64,000 nt of DNA, from the NCBI GenBank assembly GCA_963723515.1, contig CAVRQT010000003.1, positions 544,001 through 608,000 on the forward strand. Reading direction: 5' to 3'. The notes under the pieces were generated by a model that saw nothing but the letters and a program-made list of their open reading frames with translations, had not been told where the DNA came from and ran no database searches. Both the position numbers and the translations under genes were made by a program. Below, one piece after another: positions 10,154 to 20,409 of the stretch (position 1 is its first letter; each line of letters begins with the position of its first letter). This DNA comes from Vulcanimicrobiota bacterium (GTDB lineage: Bacteria > Vulcanimicrobiota > Vulcanimicrobiia > Vulcanimicrobiales > Vulcanimicrobiaceae).

Positions 10154-11643
10154 TGGCAACCGTTAAAGCCGCAGAACGGCCGGTCGAGCGCGCCAACCAC
10201 GAGACGGTCATTGGGATCGAATGCCACGTCGAGCTTCGCACCGCGAGCAAGATGTTTTGTGCTTGCCCAAATGAGTTCGGCGGCGAACCCAACACGCGGA
10301 TTTGTCCGGTCTGCTTAGCACTGCCGGGCGCCTTGCCGGTAGCGAACAAAGAAGCGATCTTGCACATGCTGCGCGCAGGGCTTGCTTTCGGCGCGCAAAT
10401 TCCGCCGTTTTCGAAGTTCGATCGCAAGAACTACTTCTATCCCGATATGCCCAAGAATTATCAGATTTCGCAGTTCGACATGCCGTTAACGATCGGCGGC
10501 TCCGTTCGCTATTGGATGGATGACGGGACGATGAAAGAATGCCATTTGACGCGCATCCATTTAGAGGAAGATACCGGCAAGTCGATTCACGCCGGCACCG
10601 GCGACGGGCGAATCGCCGGCAGTTCGCACTCGTTGGTTGATTTCAACCGCGCCGGCGTGCCGCTGATGGAGTGCGTCTCAGAACCGGATCTGCGTAGCGC
10701 CGAGGAAGCGGTTGCATACCTGAATGCGTTGAAACGAACGTTCGTGCAACTGGGCGTCAGCGACGTCAAAATGGAGGAAGGCTCGCTACGCTGCGATGCC
10801 AATGTTTCCGTGCGACCCGCCGGCACAACGCAGCTCGGGACTAAGACCGAGATCAAGAACATGAACTCTTTTCGCTCGGTCTTTCACGCGATTCAAAGCG
10901 AGATCGAACGGCAAGTTACGACGCTTGCGTCGGGCGGCCGCATCGTTCAAGAGACCCGCGGATGGGACGAGTACAGCGGCACGACGCATGCAATGCGCAG
11001 CAAAGAGCAAGCGCACGATTACCGGTACTTTCCGGATCCGGATCTGGTTCCGATCGAGATTGATGTGAATGCGGTCAACTCGATTCGCCAAGCTTTGCCC
11101 GAGCTGCCCGCCGCGCGTTTCGAACGCTACGGTGAGACATTCGGCCTGACGGTTGCTCAAGCGACGCAATTGATTGATAACCTGTCGCTGGCGGAGTATT
11201 TTGAAGAGTGCGTCGAGCGCAGCGGAAACGCGAAGCAGAGCATTAACCTTGTCCTCGGCGACCTCTCGCGCTTGGCGAATGAAACCGGTACGGCGGTGCA
11301 TGTCTCACCCGTCACGCCGCAGGAAGTCGCGGAGTTGATCGCGCTCGTCGAGCAGGGAACGATCAATTCGAAAATTGCTAAAGAGCTGGTCGAACGAATG
11401 TGGCGAGGCGAAGGCAGCCCGAAGGCGATCGTCGAGCGCGAGGGCTTGGCGCAAACCAGCGATACCGGCGCGATTGAAAAATTCATCGCCGACGTCCTCG
11501 CCGAGAACGAAAAGTCGGTGGCCGATTATCGGTCCGGAAAGACAAACATCTTCGGCTTTCTCGTCGGCCAAGTGATGCGCGCGAGCCGTGGCAAAGCGAA
11601 CCCGCAAATCGTTCAGGAGCTTCTGAAACAGCGGCTTGACTGA
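10153..11643 (+). CDS. gatB: Asp/Glu-tRNA amidotransferase subunit B
   Basis: VIGIECHVEL, FDRKNYFYPD, HLEEDTGK, DFNRAGVPLME, MEEGSLRCDAN, YRYFPDPDL. GTG start overlaps the gatA stop. Confidence 0.97.
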   Translation: MATVKAAERPVERANHETVIGIECHVELRTASKMFCACPNEFGGEPNTRICPVCLALPGALPVANKEAILHMLRAGLAFGAQIPPFSKFDRKNYFYPDMPKNYQISQFDMPLTIGGSVRYWMDDGTMKECHLTRIHLEEDTGKSIHAGTGDGRIAGSSHSLVDFNRAGVPLMECVSEPDLRSAEEAVAYLNALKRTFVQLGVSDVKMEEGSLRCDANVSVRPAGTTQLGTKTEIKNMNSFRSVFHAIQSEIERQVTTLASGGRIVQETRGWDEYSGTTHAMRSKEQAHDYRYFPDPDLVPIEIDVNAVNSIRQALPELPAARFERYGETFGLTVAQATQLIDNLSLAEYFEECVERSGNAKQSINLVLGDLSRLANETGTAVHVSPVTPQEVAELIALVEQGTINSKIAKELVERMWRGEGSPKAIVEREGLAQTSDTGAIEKFIADVLAENEKSVADYRSGKTNIFGFLVGQVMRASRGKANPQIVQELLKQRLD

Positions 11644-13984
11644 CGAATCGCTCGCGATACTGGGCGATCGGCGGACGCTTGAAACGCTCGATTTTGCGAC
11701 GATCCGCGATCGCGTGGTCGCGCTCACCGCGACCGAGCGGGGGCAGGCTTACGCGCAGGCGATGCTGCCCTTCGTCGATTTCGAGCGGGTCAAGGAAGAC
11801 CAAGAAGCGACGCAGGCGCTCCTCAACCTCATCGCGTCGGATGATCTGCATATTTCGCGCGCCGCCGATACGAAAAACGCGACAAGCGCTGCCGCGCGCG
11901 GCTCGGTGCTCTCTGCAATGGACTTGCGAACGGTAGGCGACGCTCTCGCAGCGGCGGCAGCGGCGTACAACAAAGCCCGAAGCTTGGAACAGAGCGCGAT
12001 TAAACGCTTGACCGATGGCTATTCCTCGTTGCGCGAACTTATGCAGAGCGTCACGCAGGCAATCGACGAGCGCGGAAATGTTCTGGATTCTGCATCACCG
12101 TCGCTGAGGCGAATTCGCCGCGCGCTCGCGGCCGCTCAACAGGATGCGCGCGACCGAGTTTTGGCGCTCGTCAAGTCGACGCAGTATTCGCGCGCGCTTC
12201 AAGATACGGTCGTCACGATCCGTGACGGCCGCTTCGTCGTTCCGATCAAGGCGGAGTTCAGCGGGGCGGTTCGCGGCATCGTTCACGATACGAGCTCGAG
12301 CGGCCAAACGGTCTTCGTTGAGCCGTTGGAAGCGCTTGAGATCAACAACCGCGTGCGAACCCTTCGCTCGGACGAGGAACGCGAGGTTGAGCGGATATTA
12401 GGCGAGCTATCGCAACGCGTCGCCGACGTTTCACCGCAGATTGAAGCCAACATCGAGATGCTGGCACAGCTCGACTTGCTAGCCGCCAAAGCGATATTCT
12501 GCGTGCGAATCAACGGCGTGATTCCATCGTTGGTTGACGACGCGATTATCGACATTCGCCAAGGAAGGCATCCGCTGCTGAGCGCTCGCGCCGTGCCGCA
12601 GACAATTACGTTCGGTGAATCGGCAAACATCGTCGTGATCAGCGGTCCCAATATGGGAGGAAAGACGGTTGCGCTTAAGATGGTTGGGCTCTTCGCGATG
12701 ATGGCATATTGCGGTTTAGGACTCCCAGCGCAAGAGGGAACACGCATCGGCCGTTTTACGCGGATTTTCGCGGACATCGGTGACGAACAGTCGATTGTGG
12801 AAAACGCCTCGACGTTCTCAGCGCACTTGGCCCGGATCAGAGAGATCGTAGAAAGAGCTGGATCGCGCTGCGTGGTGTTAATTGACGAGATCGGCGGCGG
12901 GACGGAACCGGCCGCCGGAGCGGCGCTGGCGATCGCGATCCTCGAACGCCTTGTTGCAGCGGGCGCACGTGGTGTGGTGACGACGCATTCGACCGAAGTA
13001 AAATTGTTTGCGCAATCTGCGCCCGGCGTTGTCAATGCCAACGTCCGGTTCGATCCGCAGACGTTTTCGCCGACATACGAATTGGATATCGGCGCGCCAG
13101 GTCAATCGCTGGCCTTTCCGCTCGCCAGAGCGATGCAGATTCCGAGTGATTTAATTCAGCGCGCGGAAGAGTTGCTTAGCGATCGTGAACGGGATTACGA
13201 ACGCGCGCTCGCGCAGCTTTCCGAGGCGCATGGCGATTTGGCAAACGAGCAGCGGCGCCTTGCGCAGGAGCGCAGTCGCCTCGGCGCCGCGCGTGAGGAG
13301 CTTGAGCGGCAGACGGTATCGCTCAAAGAAGAGCAGTCGGCCTTTGCCGATCGAGCCGCCGAGCGCCTACGCAAAGCGTTGGTGGACTTTTCGACGGAAT
13401 TGCAACGCCGCGCGGACGCGAGGGCTGCGCCGAAGATCACGGCATCTCAAAGTGCGCTGCTCTCGCGCGTCTTAGAAGAGTTGCACGGCGAGCTCGGCGT
13501 CTCGCCGCAGAGTGCCGAAGAGCCGGCGTCGGGCGAATTTGAAGCCGGGCAACTCGTTCGCGTGCTCTCGCTGAATCAGGACGCCGAGGTCTTGGCGGAT
13601 GGGGGCGATCATCTGTTGATCGCGATCGGGCCGATGCGAACGACGGTGTCAAAAAACGACGTTCGTCGGATTGGCGAAATGCGCAAACGAGCCCGGCTTG
13701 ATGCGGTGGCGGGCGATGCTGCGCTCGGCGCAGCAAGCGCCGTTACGACGGAGCTTGACGTGCGCGGCAAGCGTTACGTCGACGCCGAGCCGGTCGTCGA
13801 GCGCTGGATCGATGAGGCGGTCTTGGCCGGACATTCACCCTTGCGATTAATCCATGGGAAAGGAACCGGTTTGCTAGGACGCGGTCTGCAGCAGTATCTG
13901 CGCGAGCATGCAGCGGTCAAGAGCGTGCGATACGGCAACGAAAATGAGGGAGGCAGCGGCGTAACGGTCTTTGAACTGCGCTAG
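11636..13984 (+). CDS. mutS2: MutS2 endonuclease / ribosome-collision factor
   Basis: GIVHDTSSSGQTVFVEP, GPNMGGKT, DIGDEQSI, STFSAH, DEIGGGTEP, C-terminal Smr domain (LDVRG...IHGKGTG). Confidence 0.95.
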   Translation: MTDESLAILGDRRTLETLDFATIRDRVVALTATERGQAYAQAMLPFVDFERVKEDQEATQALLNLIASDDLHISRAADTKNATSAAARGSVLSAMDLRTVGDALAAAAAAYNKARSLEQSAIKRLTDGYSSLRELMQSVTQAIDERGNVLDSASPSLRRIRRALAAAQQDARDRVLALVKSTQYSRALQDTVVTIRDGRFVVPIKAEFSGAVRGIVHDTSSSGQTVFVEPLEALEINNRVRTLRSDEEREVERILGELSQRVADVSPQIEANIEMLAQLDLLAAKAIFCVRINGVIPSLVDDAIIDIRQGRHPLLSARAVPQTITFGESANIVVISGPNMGGKTVALKMVGLFAMMAYCGLGLPAQEGTRIGRFTRIFADIGDEQSIVENASTFSAHLARIREIVERAGSRCVVLIDEIGGGTEPAAGAALAIAILERLVAAGARGVVTTHSTEVKLFAQSAPGVVNANVRFDPQTFSPTYELDIGAPGQSLAFPLARAMQIPSDLIQRAEELLSDRERDYERALAQLSEAHGDLANEQRRLAQERSRLGAAREELERQTVSLKEEQSAFADRAAERLRKALVDFSTELQRRADARAAPKITASQSALLSRVLEELHGELGVSPQSAEEPASGEFEAGQLVRVLSLNQDAEVLADGGDHLLIAIGPMRTTVSKNDVRRIGEMRKRARLDAVAGDAALGAASAVTTELDVRGKRYVDAEPVVERWIDEAVLAGHSPLRLIHGKGTGLLGRGLQQYLREHAAVKSVRYGNENEGGSGVTVFELR

Positions 13985-13988
13985 CGCC

Positions 13989-15173
13989 GTGAACCGAGAA
14001 ACGCTCGTCGACGGATGCGACCATGTTGAGTCCGTCGCGGAGCTCGATGCGCTCTTAGGCGAGAAGCGACCGCTGCGCGTCAAACTTGGGCTCGATCCGA
14101 CAACATCGGATCTCCATTTGGGTCATGCCGTGGTGTTGCACAAGTTGCAGCAGTTCGTCGAGGGCGGACACCATGTGACGCTGATCATCGGCGATTTTAC
14201 GGGCCGCATCGGTGATCCCTCGGGACGCAACGAGATGCGTCCGCCGCTGAGCGAAGAGCAAATTCGTGCGAATATGAGGACGTATGCCGATCAGGCCGGC
14301 AAAATTCTCGACATGGAACGCGTTGCCGTGCGTTACAACTCGGAGTGGCTGGCGAACCTCTCCCTTGGGGACATGATTCGCCTGCTCTCTCAAGTGACGG
14401 TGGCGCGAATGCTCGATCGAAATGACTTCTCGCAACGCTATCACTCCAATGAGCCGATCGCGTTGCACGAATTTTTGTATCCGATCGCGCAGGCGTACGA
14501 TAGTATCGCGATCGATGCGGAAATCGAGCTCGGCGGAAACGACCAGCTCTTTAACTTGCTGATGGGACGTCAGTATCAAGCACAGGCCGGGCAGCGCGAG
14601 CAAGTCTGCATGACGCTGCCGCTGCTCGAAGGCCTCGACGGACGGAAGAAAATGTCAAAAACTTCCGCCAACTTCGTAGGAATCGCTGAAGACGCGCGCA
14701 CGCAATTCGGCAAGCTCATGCGCATTCCTGACGAGTTGATTCCGCGCTATGCGCGCCTGGCGGCGTTTCAATCGGAAGCCAATTCGCTGCAGTTGGCGGC
14801 GGCGCTGGGAAGCGGCTCTGCCCATCCAATGGATGAGAAGAAGAAGCTCGCGCAGGAGATCGTGACGCGCTACCACGGCGCCGAGGAAGCGAGACGGGCG
14901 CGTGAATACTTCGAGCAAACGGTGCAGCGGCGCGAGCTGCCCACCGATGACGTACCTGAAATCACCGTCGGCGATGCTCGCCACCTCTCAGACGTGCTCG
15001 TTGCCGCGCGTCTCGCGCAATCGAAGCGTGAAGCAGAGCGCTTAATCGCGGGCAATGGCGTCAAAGTTGACGGCGTCGTCATTACCGATCGACGCGCGAC
15101 CTGGACGCATACGGTTCCCGCGACCGTATCCGTCGGCGCGCGGCGGTTTGTCCGCGTCCTGCCGAATCGGTGA
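13989..15173 (+). CDS. tyrS: Tyrosine--tRNA ligase
   Basis: KLGLDPT..DLHLGH, IGDPSG, EFLYP..QAYDS, GGNDQLFNL, KMSKT, C-terminal S4-like domain. Confidence 0.96.
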   Translation: MNRETLVDGCDHVESVAELDALLGEKRPLRVKLGLDPTTSDLHLGHAVVLHKLQQFVEGGHHVTLIIGDFTGRIGDPSGRNEMRPPLSEEQIRANMRTYADQAGKILDMERVAVRYNSEWLANLSLGDMIRLLSQVTVARMLDRNDFSQRYHSNEPIALHEFLYPIAQAYDSIAIDAEIELGGNDQLFNLLMGRQYQAQAGQREQVCMTLPLLEGLDGRKKMSKTSANFVGIAEDARTQFGKLMRIPDELIPRYARLAAFQSEANSLQLAAALGSGSAHPMDEKKKLAQEIVTRYHGAEEARRAREYFEQTVQRRELPTDDVPEITVGDARHLSDVLVAARLAQSKREAERLIAGNGVKVDGVVITDRRATWTHTVPATVSVGARRFVRVLPNR

Positions 15174-15409
15174 GCGCGGTGAAGGCGGATGCTACCGGCG
15201 CTTCAAAAGACGGCGGCGTGGCGCAAACGTATTCGTCGTTACCGCCGATCGAAGGCCGAAAGTTCGTTTGCAAGCGGTGCGGGCGTGTTTACGCCTACCC
15301 TGAGCCCAGCGGCGTGCCGATTCGGTGCGAATGCGGATGGTGGTATTGGAACGACCACGGGAAGATCAAGGAAGCCTTCCGGCAGCGGATCGATCCGCCG
15401 CCATCCTAG
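15170..15409 (+). CDS. Small zinc-ribbon-like hypothetical protein
   Basis: CKRCG...CECG; GTGA overlap with the tyrS stop. Confidence 0.65.
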   Translation: MSAVKADATGASKDGGVAQTYSSLPPIEGRKFVCKRCGRVYAYPEPSGVPIRCECGWWYWNDHGKIKEAFRQRIDPPPS

Positions 15410-16314
15410 TGGCGCTCTTGAGTCCGAGCTTCTTTTAAGCGCTGTACCAACGATTCGACTTCGCGCGAATCGAGCACGTACGTCTTCTTGCAGAATTCAC
15501 ACGTTGCTTCGGTCTGCGGACGCTCGGCCGCCATTTTGCGCAGCTCGTCTTGACCCAATCCAAGCAGCGCAAGACGAACCTTTTCGCGCGTGCAACGGCA
15601 AGCAAAGCGCACTTCAAGCGTATGCCAATTATGCAATGAGATTTCGCCCGCCATGGCACCGATCAAGTCGCGCGCAGTTGCACCTTCAGCAATCTGCTGT
15701 GTGACCGGGCGCATGGCAAGCGCGCGCTTTTCAAGGTAGGAGATGGCGCGTTCGTCCGCGTCAGGCAACGCTTGTGCGAGCACCCCGCCCGCCGCAGCGA
15801 TTCCATCCGGCTTGGCAAGCACGCCGAGCGCGACCGCCGAGGGGATCTGTTCTGATTTGAGGAGATACGCCGCTAAGTCGTCGCCGATTTCGCCGGTCGC
15901 AAGCGGCACGACGCCAACGTAGGGTTGGCCGACTTCGAACGACTTGGTAACTTGCAGCGAGCCGGCGCCGACGGCGGCGGCAACGTCGAACTTTCCACGC
16001 GCGTTCAGCGGGACGTCGGCATGCGGCCGCTTCGCGTAGCCGCGTACGCCGGCCGCGCCGTCGCGTTGGCGCATGACGTCGGCGACGATGCTCTGCAACG
16101 GCCCGGTACCGACGATCTGGAGCGAGAGGCGCTCTCTACCCTTGAGGCTCGTTCCCAAGAGCGCCGCGCCGGTCATCAGGCGGCCAACCGCGGCGCTCGC
16201 AGTCGGCGAAAGTTGGTGGCGCTGCTGCGTTTCGGCGACAAGATCCGTCGTCGTGGCCGCGACGATCGCGATGCCGACCTCGGGCGCCGACGCGGAGACG
16301 ATTTGGTCCGGCAT
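15406..16314 (-). CDS. hslO: Hsp33 redox-regulated chaperone
   Basis: HQLSPTASAAVGR, GEIGDDLAAYL..SEQIPS, CRC and CEFC zinc motif. Start at MPDQIV. Confidence 0.93.
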   Translation of the reverse strand: MPDQIVSASAPEVGIAIVAATTTDLVAETQQRHQLSPTASAAVGRLMTGAALLGTSLKGRERLSLQIVGTGPLQSIVADVMRQRDGAAGVRGYAKRPHADVPLNARGKFDVAAAVGAGSLQVTKSFEVGQPYVGVVPLATGEIGDDLAAYLLKSEQIPSAVALGVLAKPDGIAAAGGVLAQALPDADERAISYLEKRALAMRPVTQQIAEGATARDLIGAMAGEISLHNWHTLEVRFACRCTREKVRLALLGLGQDELRKMAAERPQTEATCEFCKKTYVLDSREVESLVQRLKEARTQERH

Positions 16315-16369
16315 CGCGCTGGCAGTTTCCGAGGTCGGCCTCTTTTCCTGCCCGAATGCGGGGCGCGAC

Positions 16370-16804
16370 ATGCGTCTGCTTGTCATTCATGGACCGAGCC
16401 TCAATCTGCTGGGTACGCGCGAGCCGCAAATTTACGGAAACAAAACGCTTGACGATATCAACCACGAGATTTCTGAAGCTGCAGCGCAACATTCGATTGA
16501 CGTCCGTTTCTTGCAAAGCAATGACGAAGGCGAGATCATCCATGCAATTCACAATGCGCGCAATGATGCCGATTTCATCGTCATCAATCCCGGCGCTTAC
16601 AGTCATTACTCGCACGCCATTGCCGATGCGATTACGGCGGCCGGAGTGCGCGCGATCGAAGTGCATTTGACAAATATCTTCGCGCGCGAGCCGTTTCGGC
16701 GGCGCAGTGTCGTTTCAGGCGCTTGCGTTGGATCGATCGTGGGGTTCGGCAGTTTTTCATACGTGCTTGCGGTGCGCGCGGCGGCGCAACTTGCTTCGCG
16801 GTAA
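16370..16804 (+). CDS. aroQ: Type II 3-dehydroquinate dehydratase
   Basis: HGPSLNLLGTREPQIYG, QSNDEG, INPGAYSHYS, EVHLTNIFAREPFR. Confidence 0.95.
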   Translation: MRLLVIHGPSLNLLGTREPQIYGNKTLDDINHEISEAAAQHSIDVRFLQSNDEGEIIHAIHNARNDADFIVINPGAYSHYSHAIADAITAAGVRAIEVHLTNIFAREPFRRRSVVSGACVGSIVGFGSFSYVLAVRAAAQLASR

Positions 16805-16907
16805 GCGGCTCTTAAAGGGCTGCAGGACCGCCAGAGCGCCTTCCGTATATCCCTCCAGACCAAAAAAGCATCATCAAATCGGTCTTTAGCCGTTAGGGAG
16901 ATTTCCT

Positions 16908-17225
16908 TTGACGAAAGCGGACTTAATCGAAGCAGTGGCGACCGAGCAAGAGATGTCGCGTCGTCAGGTCGGCGAGATTGTCGAGATGTTCCTTGAAGAG
17001 ATCAAGACGGCCTTACAAAAGGGTGACAAAGTTGCGTTGACACCGTTCGGCAGCTTCGTCGTGCGCCAGCGCCGCAAACGCGAAGGACGAAATCCGAAAA
17101 CCGGCGAGACGATCACGATCGCCGCGCGCAAGGTTCCGGCATTCCAGGCCGGCAAAGCGTTGCGTGAGGCGGTCGGCGGCGCGCGTTCGGGCGGACGTTC
17201 GAACAAGGGCGGGCGTAAGCGCTAG
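16908..17225 (+). CDS. hup: HU family DNA-binding protein with a short basic tail
   Basis: MTKADLI, FGSF, REGRNPKTGE, VPAF.AGKAL; GGGAG RBS before a TTG start. Confidence 0.95.
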   Translation: MTKADLIEAVATEQEMSRRQVGEIVEMFLEEIKTALQKGDKVALTPFGSFVVRQRRKREGRNPKTGETITIAARKVPAFQAGKALREAVGGARSGGRSNKGGRKR

Positions 17226-17836
17226 AGATCGGTCCTCTGGGCCGAGATGAAATCTCCCTAGCGACCGAAATCTTTGAGCGCGCGTTTGCGGCCGAGCACC
17301 GCGCGCGCTTTTCGGAGAACGCGCGTCCAAACGCCCTGCGGGACGTGTGGACGTTCCTCCAGCGAACCGCGGGCGACGGGTTCTTGGGCGCTCGAGAGGG
17401 TCGCCGGCTCCTCGGGTACGCGCTGTTTGTGCCAAGCATGCGCGCCATTCAGCGGCGCGCATTCTTTTCGGGCGAAGTTTTCAAGTGGGCGCTGCGAGCG
17501 CTTCGCGGAGAGTATGACCTCCGGCCGGGGCGTCTGTTGCGGACGCTTCAGAATAAGGTCTTTTTTCTTTTTCACAAGCACCGCTTTCGAACGCAAGGCG
17601 ATGCGCAGTTGCTCAACATCGCAGTCGATCCGGATGCGCAAGGGCGCGGCGTCGGAAAGCAGTTAGTCACCGCCGGATTGAACGCGATGCGCGCGCTGAA
17701 TGTTCCTGAGGTGCGCTTAGAAGTGCGACCGTGGAATGTTTCCGCGATCGCGCTCTATCAGAAAACGGGTTGGCGCGAAGTCGGACGTACGCGCGATCTT
17801 GACGGTGAATGGATCGTGATGGTGGCCAATCCGTAG
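17222..17836 (+). CDS. GNAT acetyltransferase (RimI-like)
   Basis: NIAVDPDAQGRGVG, LEVRPWNVSAIALY. GNAT-like N-terminus (EIGPLGRDEISLATEIFERAF) extends to the HU stop; the first canonical start is GTG 17345. Confidence 0.8.
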   Translation, partial: LEIGPLGRDEISLATEIFERAFAAEHRARFSENARPNALRDVWTFLQRTAGDGFLGAREGRRLLGYALFVPSMRAIQRRAFFSGEVFKWALRALRGEYDLRPGRLLRTLQNKVFFLFHKHRFRTQGDAQLLNIAVDPDAQGRGVGKQLVTAGLNAMRALNVPEVRLEVRPWNVSAIALYQKTGWREVGRTRDLDGEWIVMVANP

Positions 17837-17840
17837 CGCC

Positions 17841-18323
17841 TCATTCCTCGCCGTCGTAATAATCGAGCGACTCACTTCGCATTAAGCGGTACTCGGGCGA
17901 CTTCACGGCATACTTTGTGCTATCGGGATAGAAGCACGTCTCGCCGATTGGATTATCGGCCACAACTAAGATCACGAGATCTTCATCACCGTCGTTGATG
18001 ATTTGGTGCGGCTCATTGGGCTTGAACAGAAACGCGTCACCCTCTTCGACCGCTTCTTTTCCGTCCGCGTGCCGTACTGTGCCCTTACCTGAAATAACAT
18101 GGTAAAATTCCCACTGCGCGCTGTGCAAATGGTACGGGCAAGAAGCAGAACCGGGCGGAACGCGCGTGATTTCGACGTCGAAGGGATGGCGTTTATCGAG
18201 ATCATGTGAACGGCGATCGCGCCCGAGCGCTTCGGACAACTTCCTTCCACTGCGCGCAAATTTGCGGCTCGCCGAGGGCCGCCAAGTCTCCCATTCAACT
18301 TGGCTTGCGTTTACCTTACGCAT
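17841..18323 (-). CDS. Cupin domain protein
   Basis: PYHLHSAQWEFYHVISG and EPHQIIN cupin motifs, YPDS. Confidence 0.88.
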   Translation of the reverse strand: MRKVNASQVEWETWRPSASRKFARSGRKLSEALGRDRRSHDLDKRHPFDVEITRVPPGSASCPYHLHSAQWEFYHVISGKGTVRHADGKEAVEEGDAFLFKPNEPHQIINDGDEDLVILVVADNPIGETCFYPDSTKYAVKSPEYRLMRSESLDYYDGEE

Positions 18324-18368
18324 TCCAAGAGGGGTACGGCATAAACCCTGGTATCACTTTGCAGTCGG

Positions 18369-18445
<77 letters not shown>

Positions 18446-18467
18446 TTCTTTTCCCTTTGCGCTTTCA

Positions 18468-18952
18468 TTTCAATGCGATCTCATACCGATGCATGATCTT
18501 TCCCATAGTCATCCAGCTGTTGGTCGACCATTTGTTGAAAGCCGAGACGCTCATATAGCCGGATCGCGCGAGCATTCCACCCGTTGACCCACAGTTGCAC
18601 GCGGGAGTAGTTGCGACGCGAAGCCATCACGCAGTGTTTCCGTCAGCAACGCCCGCGCAATCCCTTGACCCCAGTACTCCGGTTTGACGGCCACCGTACT
18701 GAGATGTCCGAGCCCTTCGATCGGCGGGCCGGCGCCTCGATTAGCACACGCTTGGGACAACATCGTTACGCCGACGCATTTACCGTCGCAGTCTGCAAAA
18801 AATAGTGCGGTCGTCGATATCGACAAACGCGCTTTGATGCGGCCGAGCGTCGCGGCGGATCCAGGGCCGCGGCCCGCCGCTTGAGAGGCTTCACTCCAGA
18901 TCGCCCAGGCCGTCTCGATTCCGGAGGGCGCGCCCTGTCTAACGTTGATCAC
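18468..18952 (-). pseudogene. GNAT acetyltransferase with frameshift(s); pseudogene or sequence error
   Basis: VAVKPEYWGQGIA in one frame. The continuation RVQLWVNGWNARAIRLYERLGF is in another frame after about 18630, with a probable second indel near 18500. Confidence 0.7.
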
Positions 18953-20028
18953 CGACCGAGCGCTCTAACGAAGCGTTCGCTTCGCGCAGAATGTAGGTGG
19001 TCGCATCTCCGTTGACGCTGAAGATGTGAAGTGATTCAACCCCGGCGCGATCGTGATCTCGGCGTCGCTGCCCAGAGCCGTCAGCCGCTCTTTGAGCAGC
19101 TGAACCGAATCATTCAACCGAAAGTCGTCGGCGGGATCCAACGAAGATATGCAGCTTGCCGCGAAGCCGCGGCGCCAGCGTATTCCAGTGATCTTGGAGA
19201 ATGCGGGAGATATCGTAATGCGCTTCCCAGTATGCTGCGACGCCGGCGTCAATTGCGCCCGTTCTCCGGTCGAATAGCGGTTTCGGTTTGCCGTCCGCGC
19301 CCTTGGGGCTAAAGGCGGCCTCGAACGAAAGAAATTGCGCCTCCTCCCACCCCGCAGTAACGACAAACCAGCGCAACGGTTGAGCGTCGAGGACGTAATC
19401 GTGGCCTGATGCGTCAACGAAAAAGTTTTGCGGCGGCATGCGCGTCAGATCTGGGCCGGTGAAGTTGCGAAAATCTACCGGATCCGGCGAGAGCGACCAC
19501 TCCCCGGCAAACAAGTCAGGGTAGGTCACCTGGAGCCAGAGCGCGGACCATCCGCCCGAAGAGTGGCCGCCGACGAATCGTGCCGCCGGCGTACCGATCG
19601 CGCGGAAGCGACTTTCGGTTTTCGGAATGAACTCAGTAGTCAACGCGGTGCCCCATGGCCCATTATTCGCAGAATCCGCGAACTCTTGATGACCGCCGTT
19701 GAACATGCCGTTCAGAAAGACGATGATGAACTCGTGGCCTAATCGACGCATCGGCTTTTGCCAAGTGAGCTCGTCGTCTAAGTCGATGTCTCCGCGACCG
19801 TTAAAACCCTGAATCCAGTAGATGACCGGATAATGGCGATTCGGCTCTTTGTAGTATGAGTCGGGCAGCAGCACGTGCGCGTCGATCGAAATGGGCTGGC
19901 CCCAGAAATCGCTTAAGAGCTGAGCTGCGCATGCTGACGTGCAGATATTGTGGCTCGGCGGCGTGGGCGAGCGCAGCGCTGCACGCCAACCAGAATCCAA
20001 GAGAAAGCACTGCGCCGATCAATTTCAC
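18939..20028 (-). pseudogene. Secreted alpha/beta-hydrolase (esterase family) with three indels; pseudogene or sequence error
   Basis: Signal peptide MKLIGAVLSL..., VLLPDSY, DSANNGPW, GHSSGG nucleophile. Frame changes near 19923, 19134 and 19026. Confidence 0.75.
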
Positions 20029-20120
20029 GCGGCGCGCTGCTTTGCGTCAGATGCGACGCACGTCCTCTACGGACGCCGAATAATGAAGGCGAGCGGCCGC
20101 CTCTCAATAAGCATTCTTTT

Positions 20121-20399
20121 GTGACGCTCAAAGCTTGGCATGCCGTCATCCTCGGTTTCGTGATCGTCGCGACGACGATCAACGTGATCGCCATCGTTGC
20201 GCAGCACCAAGAACTGGGCGTCCCGCACACCCGCACATCGGACATCTATGCGCCCTACTACATCGAGCACAACCAAAAACTCCACGGCTTTGTCAACCGG
20301 CGTGGGGCCGAACGCGAGCTCCTGATCTTGGGTTTCGCGTTTATCGCCTGGTTTTCGGGCTGGTTCTCCGCGACACAGAAAGCGAAGAAAGCCGTTTAG
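20121..20399 (+). CDS. Small two-helix membrane protein
   Basis: GTG start; hydrophobic AVILGFVIVATTINVIAIVA and LLILGFAFIAWFSGWF. Confidence 0.6.
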   Translation: MTLKAWHAVILGFVIVATTINVIAIVAQHQELGVPHTRTSDIYAPYYIEHNQKLHGFVNRRGAERELLILGFAFIAWFSGWFSATQKAKKAV

Positions 20400-20409
20400 A
20401 GCGTCGCTG

